DNA of 64,000 nucleotides, taken from contig QPGO01000106.1 of NCBI GenBank assembly GCA_008632985.1, positions 124,001-188,000 of the forward strand, written 5' to 3'. Each line of letters begins with the position of its first letter. The first letter of the stretch is position 1. Below the pieces are notes generated by a model. It did no database searches, was not told the origin of the DNA, and saw nothing but the letters and a program-made list of their open reading frames with translations. Below are positions 35,911-47,544 of the stretch, piece after piece. This DNA is from Psammoneis japonica (Eukaryota). Made by a program: the position numbers and the translations under genes.

Positions 35911-37664
35911 TTACATGAAATCTTGAAGGTTTGCAAAAACGGCTTCAAGCCCTTCTCCCCCAAAAATAGCGTCAAGACCAAATCCAAGACCAAGACCAGC
36001 CTCACCGACCGCACCAGCACCCAGAAGGGCAATGAAACCACCTATGAACAAAAATCCAAACGCTGCACCAACATCAATGGCCATTTCATTTCTCCATCCT
36101 TCGTACAAGAAGTTGAATTGAATACTGAAAAAGATGGGCAGAATGGGTTGCAGCATCTTGGTCACGACACCGGCATAGTTAAAGTTCTCTAGTCTCGTGC
36201 CCTTTTCGTCATTGACGAGCTTGGCTGGCGTATCGAACCCACGAATGATGATATCGGAAGCAAATCGACTAAGACCTTGAACCACGGCGCTGCGAATCAA
36301 CCTACGACCTCTGTATTGTTGCAACTTGCTGTTGATTTCAGAACGAGTCTTGGCAGACTCCAATTCCTGTGCCAAAACAAAGGCGTCCTCAATAGCTTGG
36401 CATCCTCCCTGTCCAAGGTTGGGCATCATGGCGTGGACACTGTCTCCAAGCAGAGCCACCGAACCCTTGGTCCATGGCTTCATTACGCTCGGAGGACGAT
36501 CATAAAGATCTCGCTGTTCAATTTCATGCTCTTGTGTTGCTTTCAGAATGTGATGAATCTCGTCGGACCAGCCCGTGAAGATACCTTGCAAGTACTTGGA
36601 GGAGCCTTCGGGCTTTTCCTCCTTCTCGGCGGATCCTGCCGGTCGGGCCAAGAAGGCATACCACTGGTAGTTTCCATTACCAATGTCGGTAATGACAAAG
36701 TACTGTCCAGGTCCAATGTACACCTTGTATCCGACTTGACCGTTATCAAAACTGTCGTATTTCAACTCTCCGGCAAACACAGTGTAACCGGAATACGCCA
36801 CACCACTCTCTTCACCCCTGACGCTCTCATCTCTCATTTTGGCACGCACCGCACTCCAGATACCGTCGGCACCAATCAAGACATCACCCTCAACTTCCTT
36901 TCCGGAATCCAAAATGGCCTTGACACCACCGTCGGGTGTTTCTTCATAGGATTGTACACCGTCCCCATTCTGAACGACACCCTTGGGAAGACTCTCCAAG
37001 AAAATGTTTTGCAAATCGGGTCGATCAATCACACCGGTATACGGCATGCCACGGCTCTCGGCAGGACTGCCCAAATCAAACTTGGCATACCATTCACTCC
37101 GAATTCCATCCTTGATTCCATTCTCCTTGTCTCCCGTAAAAGTAAATCGCTCCATGACCTTGTCGTAGACGTCCTTGTCCATTTCCTTGACCACCTGCAG
37201 AGCGTTACTGGCGAGTTGAATGGGACCACCGAAACGTTTGAATTCGTCGGTTCGTTCGAGAACCGTCACGTCCATGGTGGAGTGCTTGGATAATTCATTG
37301 GCAAGTGCAAGACCACCGACGCCGGCTCCGGCAATTAACACTTTGAGCGGATTCTCGGCTGTGATTTCTCCGGCTCGAGTCGCCGACGTAGCAGCGGGTG
37401 GTGGGACGGTTGCGACATGGCGAGGAGCAACTTTCAATGCCGAACTAAAAGAGAGAGACAATATCAAAAAAGTGAGTATGGTGTCATTGGTAGATACAAA
37501 AAGATTCAGAGGGATGAGAAAGATCGTGAGAACCAGGTTGAGATCGAAGAACGAGAAGAAACTTACCCTCTTGGTTGATTCGGCACAAATGCATCAGAGG
37601 AGGTCACCACGAGGGCGGCAAGAACGGCACAAAGAGCTTTCCCACTAAACTGAGACACCACCAT
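35911..37664 (-). CDS. ZEP: Zeaxanthin/diatoxanthin epoxidase (ZEP3-like, C-terminal TM)
   Basis: Exon 1 MVVSQFSGKALCAVLAALVVTSSDAFVP; intron 37445-37566; GAGVGG, GPIQLASNAL, GADGIWSAVR and GDSVHAMMPNLGQGGCQAIED motifs. Confidence 0.93.
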
Positions 37665-38267
37665 GGTATTAAAAAGAGAACTCCGACGAGTTTTATGACT
37701 AGAAGCTGTAGTCGTAAAGCAAAAAGCACGTCGACACCACATCAGAAAGAAGAGATGCCGAAACAGATGAAACTCGCAACAGAAAGGCTTCCGTGTCGTG
37801 TGCTTACGTCAATAATGGGCAATATAACTTGAAATAGATGTATTCAATGCTTTAGATTTTATCACATGACAGTACTTAGGGTTGCGAAGCCTGGTGACAC
37901 CACCCCCGACACACGTCATCGTTCCAGCAATGGGTGGCGGCATCCAGCCACGACTGTGAGAGAGTCACACCTAACCAAGATATAAAAAAAACTTCGTAGT
38001 CGTAGAAATCAACAGTGGGCCCCAACCGCAGTTTCAAAGTGACAAGTCCTTGATTTTTAAAATTCAAATTATCTACTCGTACCGGCATTGACGAAACACT
38101 ATGATGATGAAGGTTGGGACACTGTGGATGGCTTGCGTGCGTTTTCGGGAGTCGAACGTGGACGACAGCGAGCGTCGTTCGCCCGTGTGACTGTGGTGGT
38201 CGACAATTTTGCTGCATCTCCAACTTCAAAATCATGCAAATCATGTTGGTCAGACAACGGTGCCATT

Positions 38268-39300
38268 TTACCAATCCAATAACATTGCGGTTTTCTCTCC
38301 ATCTCCATCGAAACGACAAAGACCTGCGTCCCTTGCGTCTTGATGCGCGTCGTTCAGCTCCTTGCGGGTCGGTCTTTTTGCCAGGCCCCACTTCTTATCT
38401 TTTCGTGCCTTGTGTTCCGGTCGATATTGGTCCATTACATTTGTAAAGGTGTCCTTGCTCACCTCCTTGGCCAAAAAGGATGCGACACAGCATGTGCCAG
38501 CAAGGTCATGTGGCAAGATTAAATGTCGTACCAGCACACCACGACGAGCCAGACCGGACTTACGGTCAAGTTGTAATGGTCCAACCTGCCGGTGCATCTC
38601 CTTTATAGCAGCTTGGTTGATTTCTGGATAGTTATCGACCTTGGAAAGCTTGCGACCTACGACTCGAGAGGCGTATTTGGCATCGGGCATGTAAATGTCA
38701 ACCACACCCTCTAGTAATCGTAGAGATGCTACCGAATCGTATCCTCCAGTGTTCCACACAAGAGGAAGCTTGAGTCCCATTTTGGCGGCAATCAGTACGG
38801 CACGTAGAATGGGTGCAACATTGTGCGTAGGGGAAACAAAATTGATATTATGGCATCCCTTCAACTGCAACGTGAGCATGGTTTCAGCCAATTGCTCATC
38901 GTTCATGAGCTCGCCTTGGTCCATGGCTGATAGTTCCCAGTTTTGGCAGTACATGCACTTGAGATTGCACGCTCCAAAGAATATGGTTCCAGAGCCTCTT
39001 GTTCCGACAAGACAACTCTCTTCTCCAAAATGCGGAAAAGCGGAAGATACAATGGAATGCGTTCCAACCCTGCATTCGCCCCAGTCTTTGGGATCGGACG
39101 AGAGTCTGTTGGTCTCGCAGTATCGTCCGCACGCAATACAGGCCGTAAACATGTCCATGGCACGTTCGACACGACGCTCAAGCTCACCACTGGCTAACAA
39201 TCTCAAGTAGGATGGCCAGACGGGAATCCCCGAGAGATTTGGCGGCGGTAGTGCTTGATGCCGAGGTTCTTGAGAAGAACCATGATGACGCTCCAGACGA
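38268..39300 (-). CDS. Radical SAM domain, PflX-like (probably the C-terminal part of a fusion with the upstream reductase)
   Basis: PSYLRLLASGELERRV, CIACGRYC, PHFGEESCLVGTRGSGTIFF, CNLKCMYCQN, GCHNINFVSPTH, DIYMPDAKY and GVLVRHLILP. Confidence 0.88.
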
Positions 39301-41287
39301 GAACCACATGTGGACGCCGCTCGTGCTTCCCGTGGTCCACTATTATGGGATGGTAGCCAGGAGTGTCGACCGACCAGCAATCCGTTAATATTCGGTTTTC
39401 CTCCTCCATGGTCCGCATCAGTCTCTCGGCAGCTTGATCATTCAGTCCACCCGCGGTCCTCGCAACGTCTCTCAGTGCCTCCTTGACTCCCTCCACCAGT
39501 TCGAGTCTCCCGCACAGATACACACGACCACGACGTGCTAGTATCTCTTTCCAAATCGCAACAGCAGCTTTTTCTCGGATCACATCCTGAACATGCTCCT
39601 TGCGTTGGCCAGGTATTCGCGAGAATGCAAAGTTCAGATTGAGGCCAAGATTGTTTTGGAAATGCATCAATTGATTCCTGTACAGAACTTGAGACGGCGT
39701 GCGACATCCAAACAAGATCCACACGTTGGAAAGGGAATGAGACAATGAAACTAGCTGAGCGTCTTGTCGTTTTACTTGTTCCTCCAGAAACCCTACGCAC
39801 GGTCCGACACCGGAACCGGCAGCCACCAACAATGCAGACGAACCATCCGAAACAAATCGAAATTGCGAAGGACGGAAAAATACCGATACTTCACTCCCTT
39901 GGTCAAGATTGGCTATGTAGTTGGAACATAGTCCACCCTCTGTAACCGCAATGCAGAGACCAATTGTAGTAGTAGTTGCAGCTCCTCGATCCACCGAAAC
40001 GACCGAGTACAATCTTGGCAACATGAGCCCGCATGCCCGTGCCAATGCCTGAAGCGAAGGACGGCATTCAAACAGAATTGCAACATCCAAATGGTTAAGG
40101 CGCCGTCCTGCGAGCCATGCGTCAAATAGCGAATCATCATTGCTTTCGGTATGTGTTTCAGCATCACCAAGAGCCGTCAAGTCCCTGGCCAGCGCTCGTA
40201 ATTCCATTGTTCCAACAAATGGAAGCAGTGATCGCAACACACTCGGAGTGGCTCGTCCTGCCAAATCAACATGGACCGTCAAGAGCTCGAGTGCAGATAT
40301 CTCACGCTCGGTCCAGTATGCGCCATTACCATTGTTTGGTTGTCGCTCCAAAATTTTGGTAGACATGTCGGGTGGAATATCCAGCCACGTTAACGCCCGA
40401 TTTACAAGGTCGGGGCCATTTTGCGGATAAATTCCGACATGGTCACCCGGTTGAAAATCGTCTGGTACGTAATGACTAGCAAGTGTAATGGAAACATGCA
40501 AGACAGATCTTTCTTGTTGTTGTTGCAAATCATCCAACAGCTCCTTGTTTTCTGTCAAACTTGCCACGGCGCTGCCTGGAAGAATGGCCGAGCGACGCCA
40601 GTCTGTACCAGTGGATAATGATTTTGCGACCGAGCCTGCTGCTTGAGCAGCACGTTTTTCTAGAATTGTCGAAACAATGTTGACCACTCGGTCACTCCAC
40701 TGTTGAAACGCTCCCGACTGATCCGTTTGCACATCTCCTGTAGCAAGGGGTAAAAGTCTTGTTCCGCCTTTGTCATGCAGTGCAGAATCTACCAGTTTGG
40801 CAAAAGCACAATAATGTTGATATGTACTGTCGCCCAAACCAAACACGGCAAAAAGAGGTACCGTCATAGTGTTGTTTTTTGATTTTCTAGAAAGCCAGTT
40901 TGCAAACTCGGCGGCATGATGGGGAGCATCACCGTCTCCAAACGTGGACGCCACCACCAATACGATGCGTGCGTGTTGGGACAAATTTAATTCGTCTTGT
41001 TGATGATTTGCATTCGACCAGTCTATATCGACCACCTCATCGACGAGTCTCGCATTGACTTTATAGCCGTCGAGACGAGGCAACAATTCGTCTTGTACTA
41101 GCGTTTCCGCCGTAAAGGATTGTGTGCAAATCAACACCAAAATGTCGTGTGTAATATCCTCCAAGTCTTGTTGTGTTTGCATGTCGCTGTCTGTAGGGGA
41201 GTCTCCTATAGTGCAGTTGTTGGTTGTAATAGAAGAAGGTCGATAACGGGGATCACATTCATGGTCATCAGAAATAGGGTTCGCATC
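39203..41287 (-). CDS. Diflavin (FMN/FAD/NADPH) reductase, cytochrome P450 reductase-like
   Basis: Flavodoxin motifs STFGDGDAP and FGLGDSTYQHYC; FAD motif PRLYSVVS; NADPH motifs AGSGVGP, FGCR, AFSR, YLCG; terminal RILTDCWS. Start codon approximate. Confidence 0.9.
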   Translation of the reverse strand, partial: DANPISDDHECDPRYRPSSITTNNCTIGDSPTDSDMQTQQDLEDITHDILVLICTQSFTAETLVQDELLPRLDGYKVNARLVDEVVDIDWSNANHQQDELNLSQHARIVLVVASTFGDGDAPHHAAEFANWLSRKSKNNTMTVPLFAVFGLGDSTYQHYCAFAKLVDSALHDKGGTRLLPLATGDVQTDQSGAFQQWSDRVVNIVSTILEKRAAQAAGSVAKSLSTGTDWRRSAILPGSAVASLTENKELLDDLQQQQERSVLHVSITLASHYVPDDFQPGDHVGIYPQNGPDLVNRALTWLDIPPDMSTKILERQPNNGNGAYWTEREISALELLTVHVDLAGRATPSVLRSLLPFVGTMELRALARDLTALGDAETHTESNDDSLFDAWLAGRRLNHLDVAILFECRPSLQALARACGLMLPRLYSVVSVDRGAATTTTIGLCIAVTEGGLCSNYIANLDQGSEVSVFFRPSQFRFVSDGSSALLVAAGSGVGPCVGFLEEQVKRQDAQLVSLSHSLSNVWILFGCRTPSQVLYRNQLMHFQNNLGLNLNFAFSRIPGQRKEHVQDVIREKAAVAIWKEILARRGRVYLCGRLELVEGVKEALRDVARTAGGLNDQAAERLMRTMEEENRILTDCWSVDTPGYHPIIVDHGKHERRPHVVLVWSVIMVLLKNLGIKHYRRQISRGFPSGHPT

Positions 41288-41504
41288 ATCCATCGAAGCG
41301 GGTTGATTGGGTTGGTCCAATTCAAATTTTCAAAACATAAAGAACAGTGCCGAATGGACAAAAGAGGGATTCCTCTCATTTTTGATGATTCAGACCCCAA
41401 AACAAGGACAATGTTTCTCCAAAATGAGAAAAAGCAGCTCAACACTTTTTTCACAGAAAACCCAGCAAATCTCTCCAAATCCACCGGACAACACCCAACA
41501 CCAC

Positions 41505-42033
41505 CGCTCTACTCTAGCTAGAATAGAGAGCTACTACTAGCTAGCAGCTACTCTCGCTCTACTCTAGCTCTAGTAGTGACCGACTACCGCATCTACCATA
41601 CTATCTCGAACCTGCTCTCGGTCAACATGTGGTGCTGTTAGTGTACCTATGATTGCGTGCATGTGCAATTTAAATGCCAGCTACTATTAATATCTATAGG
41701 GTCATGCGAAGTTCAGCAGCATGTTCCCCAAACCTCCATTATAAATTCATCGATGCGACCTCTCTATCGCTCTCTCTAGCTACTCTAGTAGTAGTAGTAG
41801 CTACTTTAGTAGAGCTACTCTCTAGCTTAGCTAGCTAGTGGCTACTCTCGCTCTAGTAGAGACCGACTACCGCATCTACCATACGTATCTCGAACATGCG
41901 GTGCTGTTAGTGTACCTAGTATGATTGCGCGCATGTGTAATGTGAATGCTAGCTACTATAGTAATATCTATAGGGACATGCGAACTTCAGCAGCATGTTC
42001 CCCAAAGCTCCATTATAAATTCATCGATGCGAC
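41505..42033. repeat. Imperfect tandem duplication (~260 bp) with CTAG/TAG-rich heads
   Basis: GACCGACTACCGCATCTACCATAC and CCATTATAAATTCATCGATGCGAC each occur twice (units ~41505-41759 and ~41768-42033). Confidence 0.9.
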
Positions 42034-42147
42034 ATGTAATAATTCCGAATAAGACACTGGCGTACCTTCTCTGAGATATATGCAGAATGTAACAATATAA
42101 ATGAAACCCAAAGTAAACATAAGCTGCACTGAGTCAGCTAAACGCTG

Positions 42148-43359
42148 TTAAGGAGAGGCACACGCAGGAAAGCTATCAAAGGTGCCGTTACTGCCCTGGA
42201 AAAGATAAGGCCCCGGGACGACGGCGGGGTTGGTGACGCTTGTCAAATCCCAACACAGAACTTGGTCAAACGCTGTTGCACCATTGAACATGAAGCTCAT
42301 GTTTTCCACTAACCCCGTATCCCAATCCAACTGCTGGTTAAAAACTGGCGCATCTCGGAACATGTCAAACATGCTTGTAACCTGAGCCGTGTCCCACGCC
42401 AATGGCTGGTCAAATACCGTACTAAGTCGGAACATACTGTTCATATCAACAACGTTCGATGTATCCCAATTCAATGGTTGGTTAAAGGAACTTGCTTCGC
42501 GGAACATCGAGTTCATTTTAGTAACACTCGACGTGTCCCAATTCAACAGTTGGTTGAAGGCCGTCGCACCAAAGAACATTGATTGCATGAATTGCACATT
42601 TTCCGTGTTAAAGACCAATGGTTCGTTGAAGGACGTAGCATCATGAAACATGTTTTCCATTGCTAGCACATTCACCGTGTTCCAGTCTAAGGGTTGAGAA
42701 AAGGCTGTTGCTCCATAGAACATGTCGCTCATCCAACGCACAACAGCAGTGTTCCAATCCAGTGGTTGGTTAAAGGATGTCGCGCCAAGGAACATAAAGC
42801 GCATGTCTCTCACATTCTGTGTGTCCCATGCCAATGGTTTGTTGAAAGACGTAGCACCACGGAACATTGAGTTCAAGGTCAACACGTTCGTCGTATCCCA
42901 ATTTAGTTCTTGATTAAATGCTGATGCACCGTTAAACATGGAACTCATGTCTGTCACTGCAGCAGTGTCCCAGCACACCAATGGTTCATTGAAAGCATCG
43001 GCATCTTGAAACAAGTTTGACATATCTGTCACGAAGGTTGTGTTCCATTCAGATATGGACCCGTACGTCTCCTCCACCGTGTTACGGAGCTCGCCACCAG
43101 CCAGCCAATCATCTACCGCACCCTGAATGACAGAATCTGTAAGGGGTTCAAACTGCTTCTTTCCCTTTCCACATTTCTTATTTGATGCCTCCGAACTACT
43201 GCTGCTACTGCCACTGCTGTTAGCACTGCTGCCACCATTTAGTCGCCGAACACGATCGTGGCGTAGATTATGCTCATCGTTCGTCACTCCCTTCTCGAGC
43301 GAAGCAACCGACATCGCCTCAAGAAGAACCAACGCTGCCACAAAATAGAAGCTCGTCAT
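42148..43359 (-). CDS. BspA-like/DUF285 repeat surface protein
   Basis: Signal peptide followed by many tandem ~22-aa repeats of the form WDTxxVxxMxxMFxGAxxFNQxLx. Confidence 0.92.
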   Translation of the reverse strand: MTSFYFVAALVLLEAMSVASLEKGVTNDEHNLRHDRVRRLNGGSSANSSGSSSSSSEASNKKCGKGKKQFEPLTDSVIQGAVDDWLAGGELRNTVEETYGSISEWNTTFVTDMSNLFQDADAFNEPLVCWDTAAVTDMSSMFNGASAFNQELNWDTTNVLTLNSMFRGATSFNKPLAWDTQNVRDMRFMFLGATSFNQPLDWNTAVVRWMSDMFYGATAFSQPLDWNTVNVLAMENMFHDATSFNEPLVFNTENVQFMQSMFFGATAFNQLLNWDTSSVTKMNSMFREASSFNQPLNWDTSNVVDMNSMFRLSTVFDQPLAWDTAQVTSMFDMFRDAPVFNQQLDWDTGLVENMSFMFNGATAFDQVLCWDLTSVTNPAVVPGPYLFQGSNGTFDSFPACASP

Positions 43360-44414
43360 GATGATTTCTTTCCTCTTGCGTATTATTCTGTTTTGTGAAA
43401 GAAAGCATGGTAGAAACAAAAAGTTTGTTAGGAATGTCCAAAGAAGGCGACCAAGACAGCAGCAGCCAACTCAACCGTTCTATCGGTTGGGTCTCTAGTA
43501 GCTAGCTAGATTGGTACTCTGGCGGTCGCCGAAGAACAAAACAAACAAACAGATGATTATCTCGGACTTACAGTGCTGTTGGGCTTGATGTTCCGCAAAT
43601 GAACATTATGTGCAAGGTGCAAGGCAGTGAATTATTAGTGACACGCCGAGAACCCTTTTCTCTCTATACAACAGTACTGTACTGTACTTCTTGAAACATT
43701 TATTGGACCGTCAAAGACAATGTCTCGGTGATCCTACTATTAAAATATTCACACGACCGCAGAAACGAATGCTAATACTTCGTGAAACATTTATTGGACA
43801 GTCAATGACCATGCCATGATGCCTCGGTCATCCTACATACTTTGTACTTTATTCTTAGAGTACTTCTACGTTCTTAATCGGTACGGTGGAAGCATTATTT
43901 AAAACAACTTTCTGTGTGATTTAAGCTACTTATAATAATGAAGTTACTGTAACACTCCTTCCTACTGTACAGTGACAAATTAGGGTAAGAACAATAAATG
44001 TTATGAAACATTTATTGGAGAACATGCAAGGCAGTGCTTACCGGTAAGTCTCTTTGTTTACCACAGCGACACGCGCGCAATTTTTTTTTCGCGTGCGGCG
44101 AAACGTGGCCACCATCATGTCAACAACACAACAAATGGAACGTCGCCGTTCCGAGTCATTACAACACATGGCACATCCATGCCACACGGGGTGATCGTTG
44201 GCACGGCAAGGTGTATTATGAAAGCTTGGTTTGGTTTGTTGCTGTGTTGGTGTTGCTTTTTTGCGTCTTGTCTTGCCTGCTGTCGCACCGGCACTTCTTG
44301 CATTTCGACAGGTGCGACGGACCGTCATCAACAGAATCTGTGCTGTTGTTTTTGTCATCCACAGGATGGAATCTGGTGGAACAACAGCAAACAAACAGGT
44401 GAGCATGCATCACA

Positions 44415-46320
44415 ATGCCATTGTTCTGTTGCGTTGGATTGCCCTTTTTCCCATTTCACACTCCCTCAGAGCTTGCCCTTGCTCTTTGTGGGGGCAGCAG
44501 CAGCAGTGGGATCAGCAGCACCTCTGAAGCCAGCAACAAGGCCTCTCATTTGAGTGACACTGACTTGTCATTTGGAGCCCATGGGAACTTTTGGACAATT
44601 TCTGATGACGAGGACTCTGTCTCATCTTGCGACTCTTCCGGGTGGTCCATTGGCAGCAGCGAGGGCAGCAACTCGGATGACGAGCTCGGGGATGAATTTG
44701 AGGAAGAACCCAAGAAGAGAGCCAGGTTAGTTCCATGCAATGAGCGCCACCCTGACAGGAGGAAGTGACACAAGGACCCAACCAAACCTTGGGTTCAAGT
44801 CACTCCTGGGCTCCTCCTTGCTTGGTTTGGAGTCATGTTTGTTCTGGCTGCGATGAAACTCCAGTGGCAAGACCTGCTTTGGATGGAAACTTGCAACTTG
44901 GCAGTGCCATGGATTCAGAACTCCATGCCCCGAAATGCCTTTGTGCAGATTCAAAGGTTTGTCCACTTTGTTGACAACAGAAAGTTGCCAAGGCACGGCA
45001 CCTCAAGATGCCGCCAGTTGCAGAAGACAATCCCCTTTGTGAACAAAATTGGCAAAAGACTCAGGGACGGGTGGGTGATTGGAGAGAAGCTGGCAGTCAA
45101 TGAGTCCATGATTCTCTGCAAGGGCAGGTCAGGGCTGCAAAGTGTGTTCAATGCATGCCTGCCAAACCAATCAAACACGGCACAAAAGTGTGGGCGCACT
45201 GTGTTGCACCAAAACTGGATGTCTCTGTGGCATTTTGCATCTGCACCAGCAAGGAGAATGATGATGCCTCACCACTGCAAGTGGTTCCAAGGTTGTTGTC
45301 CATGGACCCTGAACTGGTTTTGTTGGGCAAAGGATGCAAGCTGGCGTGCACCGACAATTTCCACACGTCGGAAGAGCTCATGAAACTTGTGCATGACACG
45401 CACGGCATGTTGATGGTTGGCATGGTGAAGATGTTGAAGAAAAAGGGAGCATTGTCCAAGGTGCCTCGTGGGTGGTTGCGATGGGCTCAGAAGACTGTGA
45501 AAGGAAACAAGAGCAATGCGGCTGGGTTTGCAGTGCAGGCGACGACTTGGAAAGACAGAAAACAGGTTGGCGTGTTGCACAACCACATGGTGGGTGCACC
45601 AGGAAGTGCAAAACATTGTGGTGGGACGACAATGAGCACAGTTGAGTTCCTGTCTCATCCCATGTGGTCATCCCCGAATGCATCAACTTCATGTGTGCTG
45701 TGGATGAAGAAGACAGGGAGACTGCTGCTGACTGGTCCATCAGCTTGAAGGGAAATTGGTGCCACCTCTGCATCATGTGCCATTGCATGGACGGGGTGAC
45801 ACACACGATGAAAGTGATGACAAAAAGGCTTGCAACAGTGGGGCACCCCTTTCACAAACATGCTGAGCCCACATGATGGAAATTCAAGTGGATGATGGAC
45901 CTGGGCATGCAGTGCATCAACAAAGGTGCTGGCATGAATTGGGCGGACATGAATGACCAAACGAAAAAGCCGAAATGGATCCGACAGAGGGCGTGCACAC
46001 CTTGCAGCTGTGGAGAATGCTTTTTCTGTAAACATGGCCCCACGCATGATGGAAAGACCCACCAACCGAAGAAAGGGAGAAAGAGGCCTGTGTGGGAAGA
46101 AGACCTTGTGCATGATGAGAAAGCGATGAAGATGTTTGACCGCAGCAAAAATTGCTGTGATTGCATCAGGAAGAACAGATTGCATGTGCCAGATGCAAGC
46201 TGCAATGCCTTGAGAAAAAGATGCTGTGCATCTTTGCGTGGGTGTAGAAAATGTGGCAAAGCAATTTGCAAAGCATGCTGGCCAGAACATGATCACCCAG
46301 GGCACATCAGGAACAGGTGA
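44415..46320 (+). mobile_element. piggyBac-like transposase relic
   Basis: MPRNAFVQIQRFVHF, LAVNESMI, MPAKPIKHGTKVW, TDNFHTS, WKDRKQV, FMCAVD and a Cys-rich C-terminus. Frameshifted; no TIRs found. Confidence 0.85.
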
Positions 46321-47544
46321 GCAATGCACAACATCAGTGCGTGATGCCGAGGCATGACATGAAATGCATTGAATGACAAACAACAATGGAAGAGATGACA
46401 ACATGGGCTTGCTTTGGAAAAAAGACAAAAGCTTGCCTGCATCCATCGCTTTCGCCCCCCATCCATCATTCAAATCCAACATTGTCAAACAGGCGCCACG
46501 ACAACTGTTTCCAAATCCTTCTTTCCAAAGGAGCCGACTTCTTGAAAGTGGTGTGTGTCCTTGCCATTCTCATGGTGTCAGCACTGACACCTGAATCCAA
46601 GCAACAAACACTGCTGTGAACAGTCTGCTGCCATGCCATCAATGGTGCTGGACTCTCTGTCAACTCTGATGCAACAAATGAGCGCAGCCAGAAACTCGCG
46701 TTAGCATGAAATGTGTTGAGTGACAAATGACAACAACGCAAGAGACAGCAATGTAACTTCCTTTGGGGATGAAACAAAAGCTTGTCTGCATCCCCCCCCT
46801 CTGCAATTCAAAGCATGATTCACAGCTGCAATGTCTCAAATGGCGGCAACAACAGCAACATCATGAATGCAGTCAAATTGCTGCAGCAGAAGAAGCGGCA
46901 ATGACAGGAAGCACATTGTTGAAATCAAGAGCTCAATTGGATGATGGAAGACATCACCTGCTGTGGTGATTCTGCCACAATGATGAAGACAATCACATCA
47001 TTGTGGCTGTTGGCATCAGAGCAGATGTGGTGTGTGGTGTGTTGTTTTGAAAAAAAGTGCATCTGCGTGACCGTGCAAAAAATCTGCAGCAATCCGCGCT
47101 GGCAAACAAAGAGTTGCAACACAATTGTCATTTGTTTGTTGGACCATCAAATGCTGCACCATGTTGTCTCGGTCATCCTCTGTTCATGGAGACTGACAGC
47201 GCCAGCAGGGATGACGCACTGCGCTTGGGCTTGTCGGTTTGGGGGGGGAGAATTTTTTGACAAAAAATGGGATGGGGAATCCCCCCCCCCCCCCGACAAA
47301 AAGCCGGGGGGGGCAGTTTTTGGAAAAAGTCATCTGACGATCAACCAAGCATGTCATGCTGCTTTAAACCAACACTCCACTTGGCACCTGGACAGGAGCC
47401 CTGCCATCACACGCAAGAAGGAGAGAGAGTGTTGAAGTCTTGTTTGATTTTCGTTGAACAAGTTCCTCAAGTTTTGGGCTCACCAGCCCATTGGGTCTGC
47501 CATGAGTGCAAAAAGATTGATGCTGCTGAGGTGGCCACCAGTGG

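Noticed and set aside
39203..41287. Nitric oxide synthase
   Set aside because: Only the reductase module is present; no heme oxygenase domain lies upstream.
42148..43100. CRISPR-like periodic repeats
   Set aside because: The periodicity is the coding DUF285 repeat. There are no identical repeats with unique spacers and no cas genes.
44037..44048. CTTACCGGTAAG as a piggyBac terminus
   Set aside because: No TTAA-CCC end and no convincing matching inverted repeat downstream.
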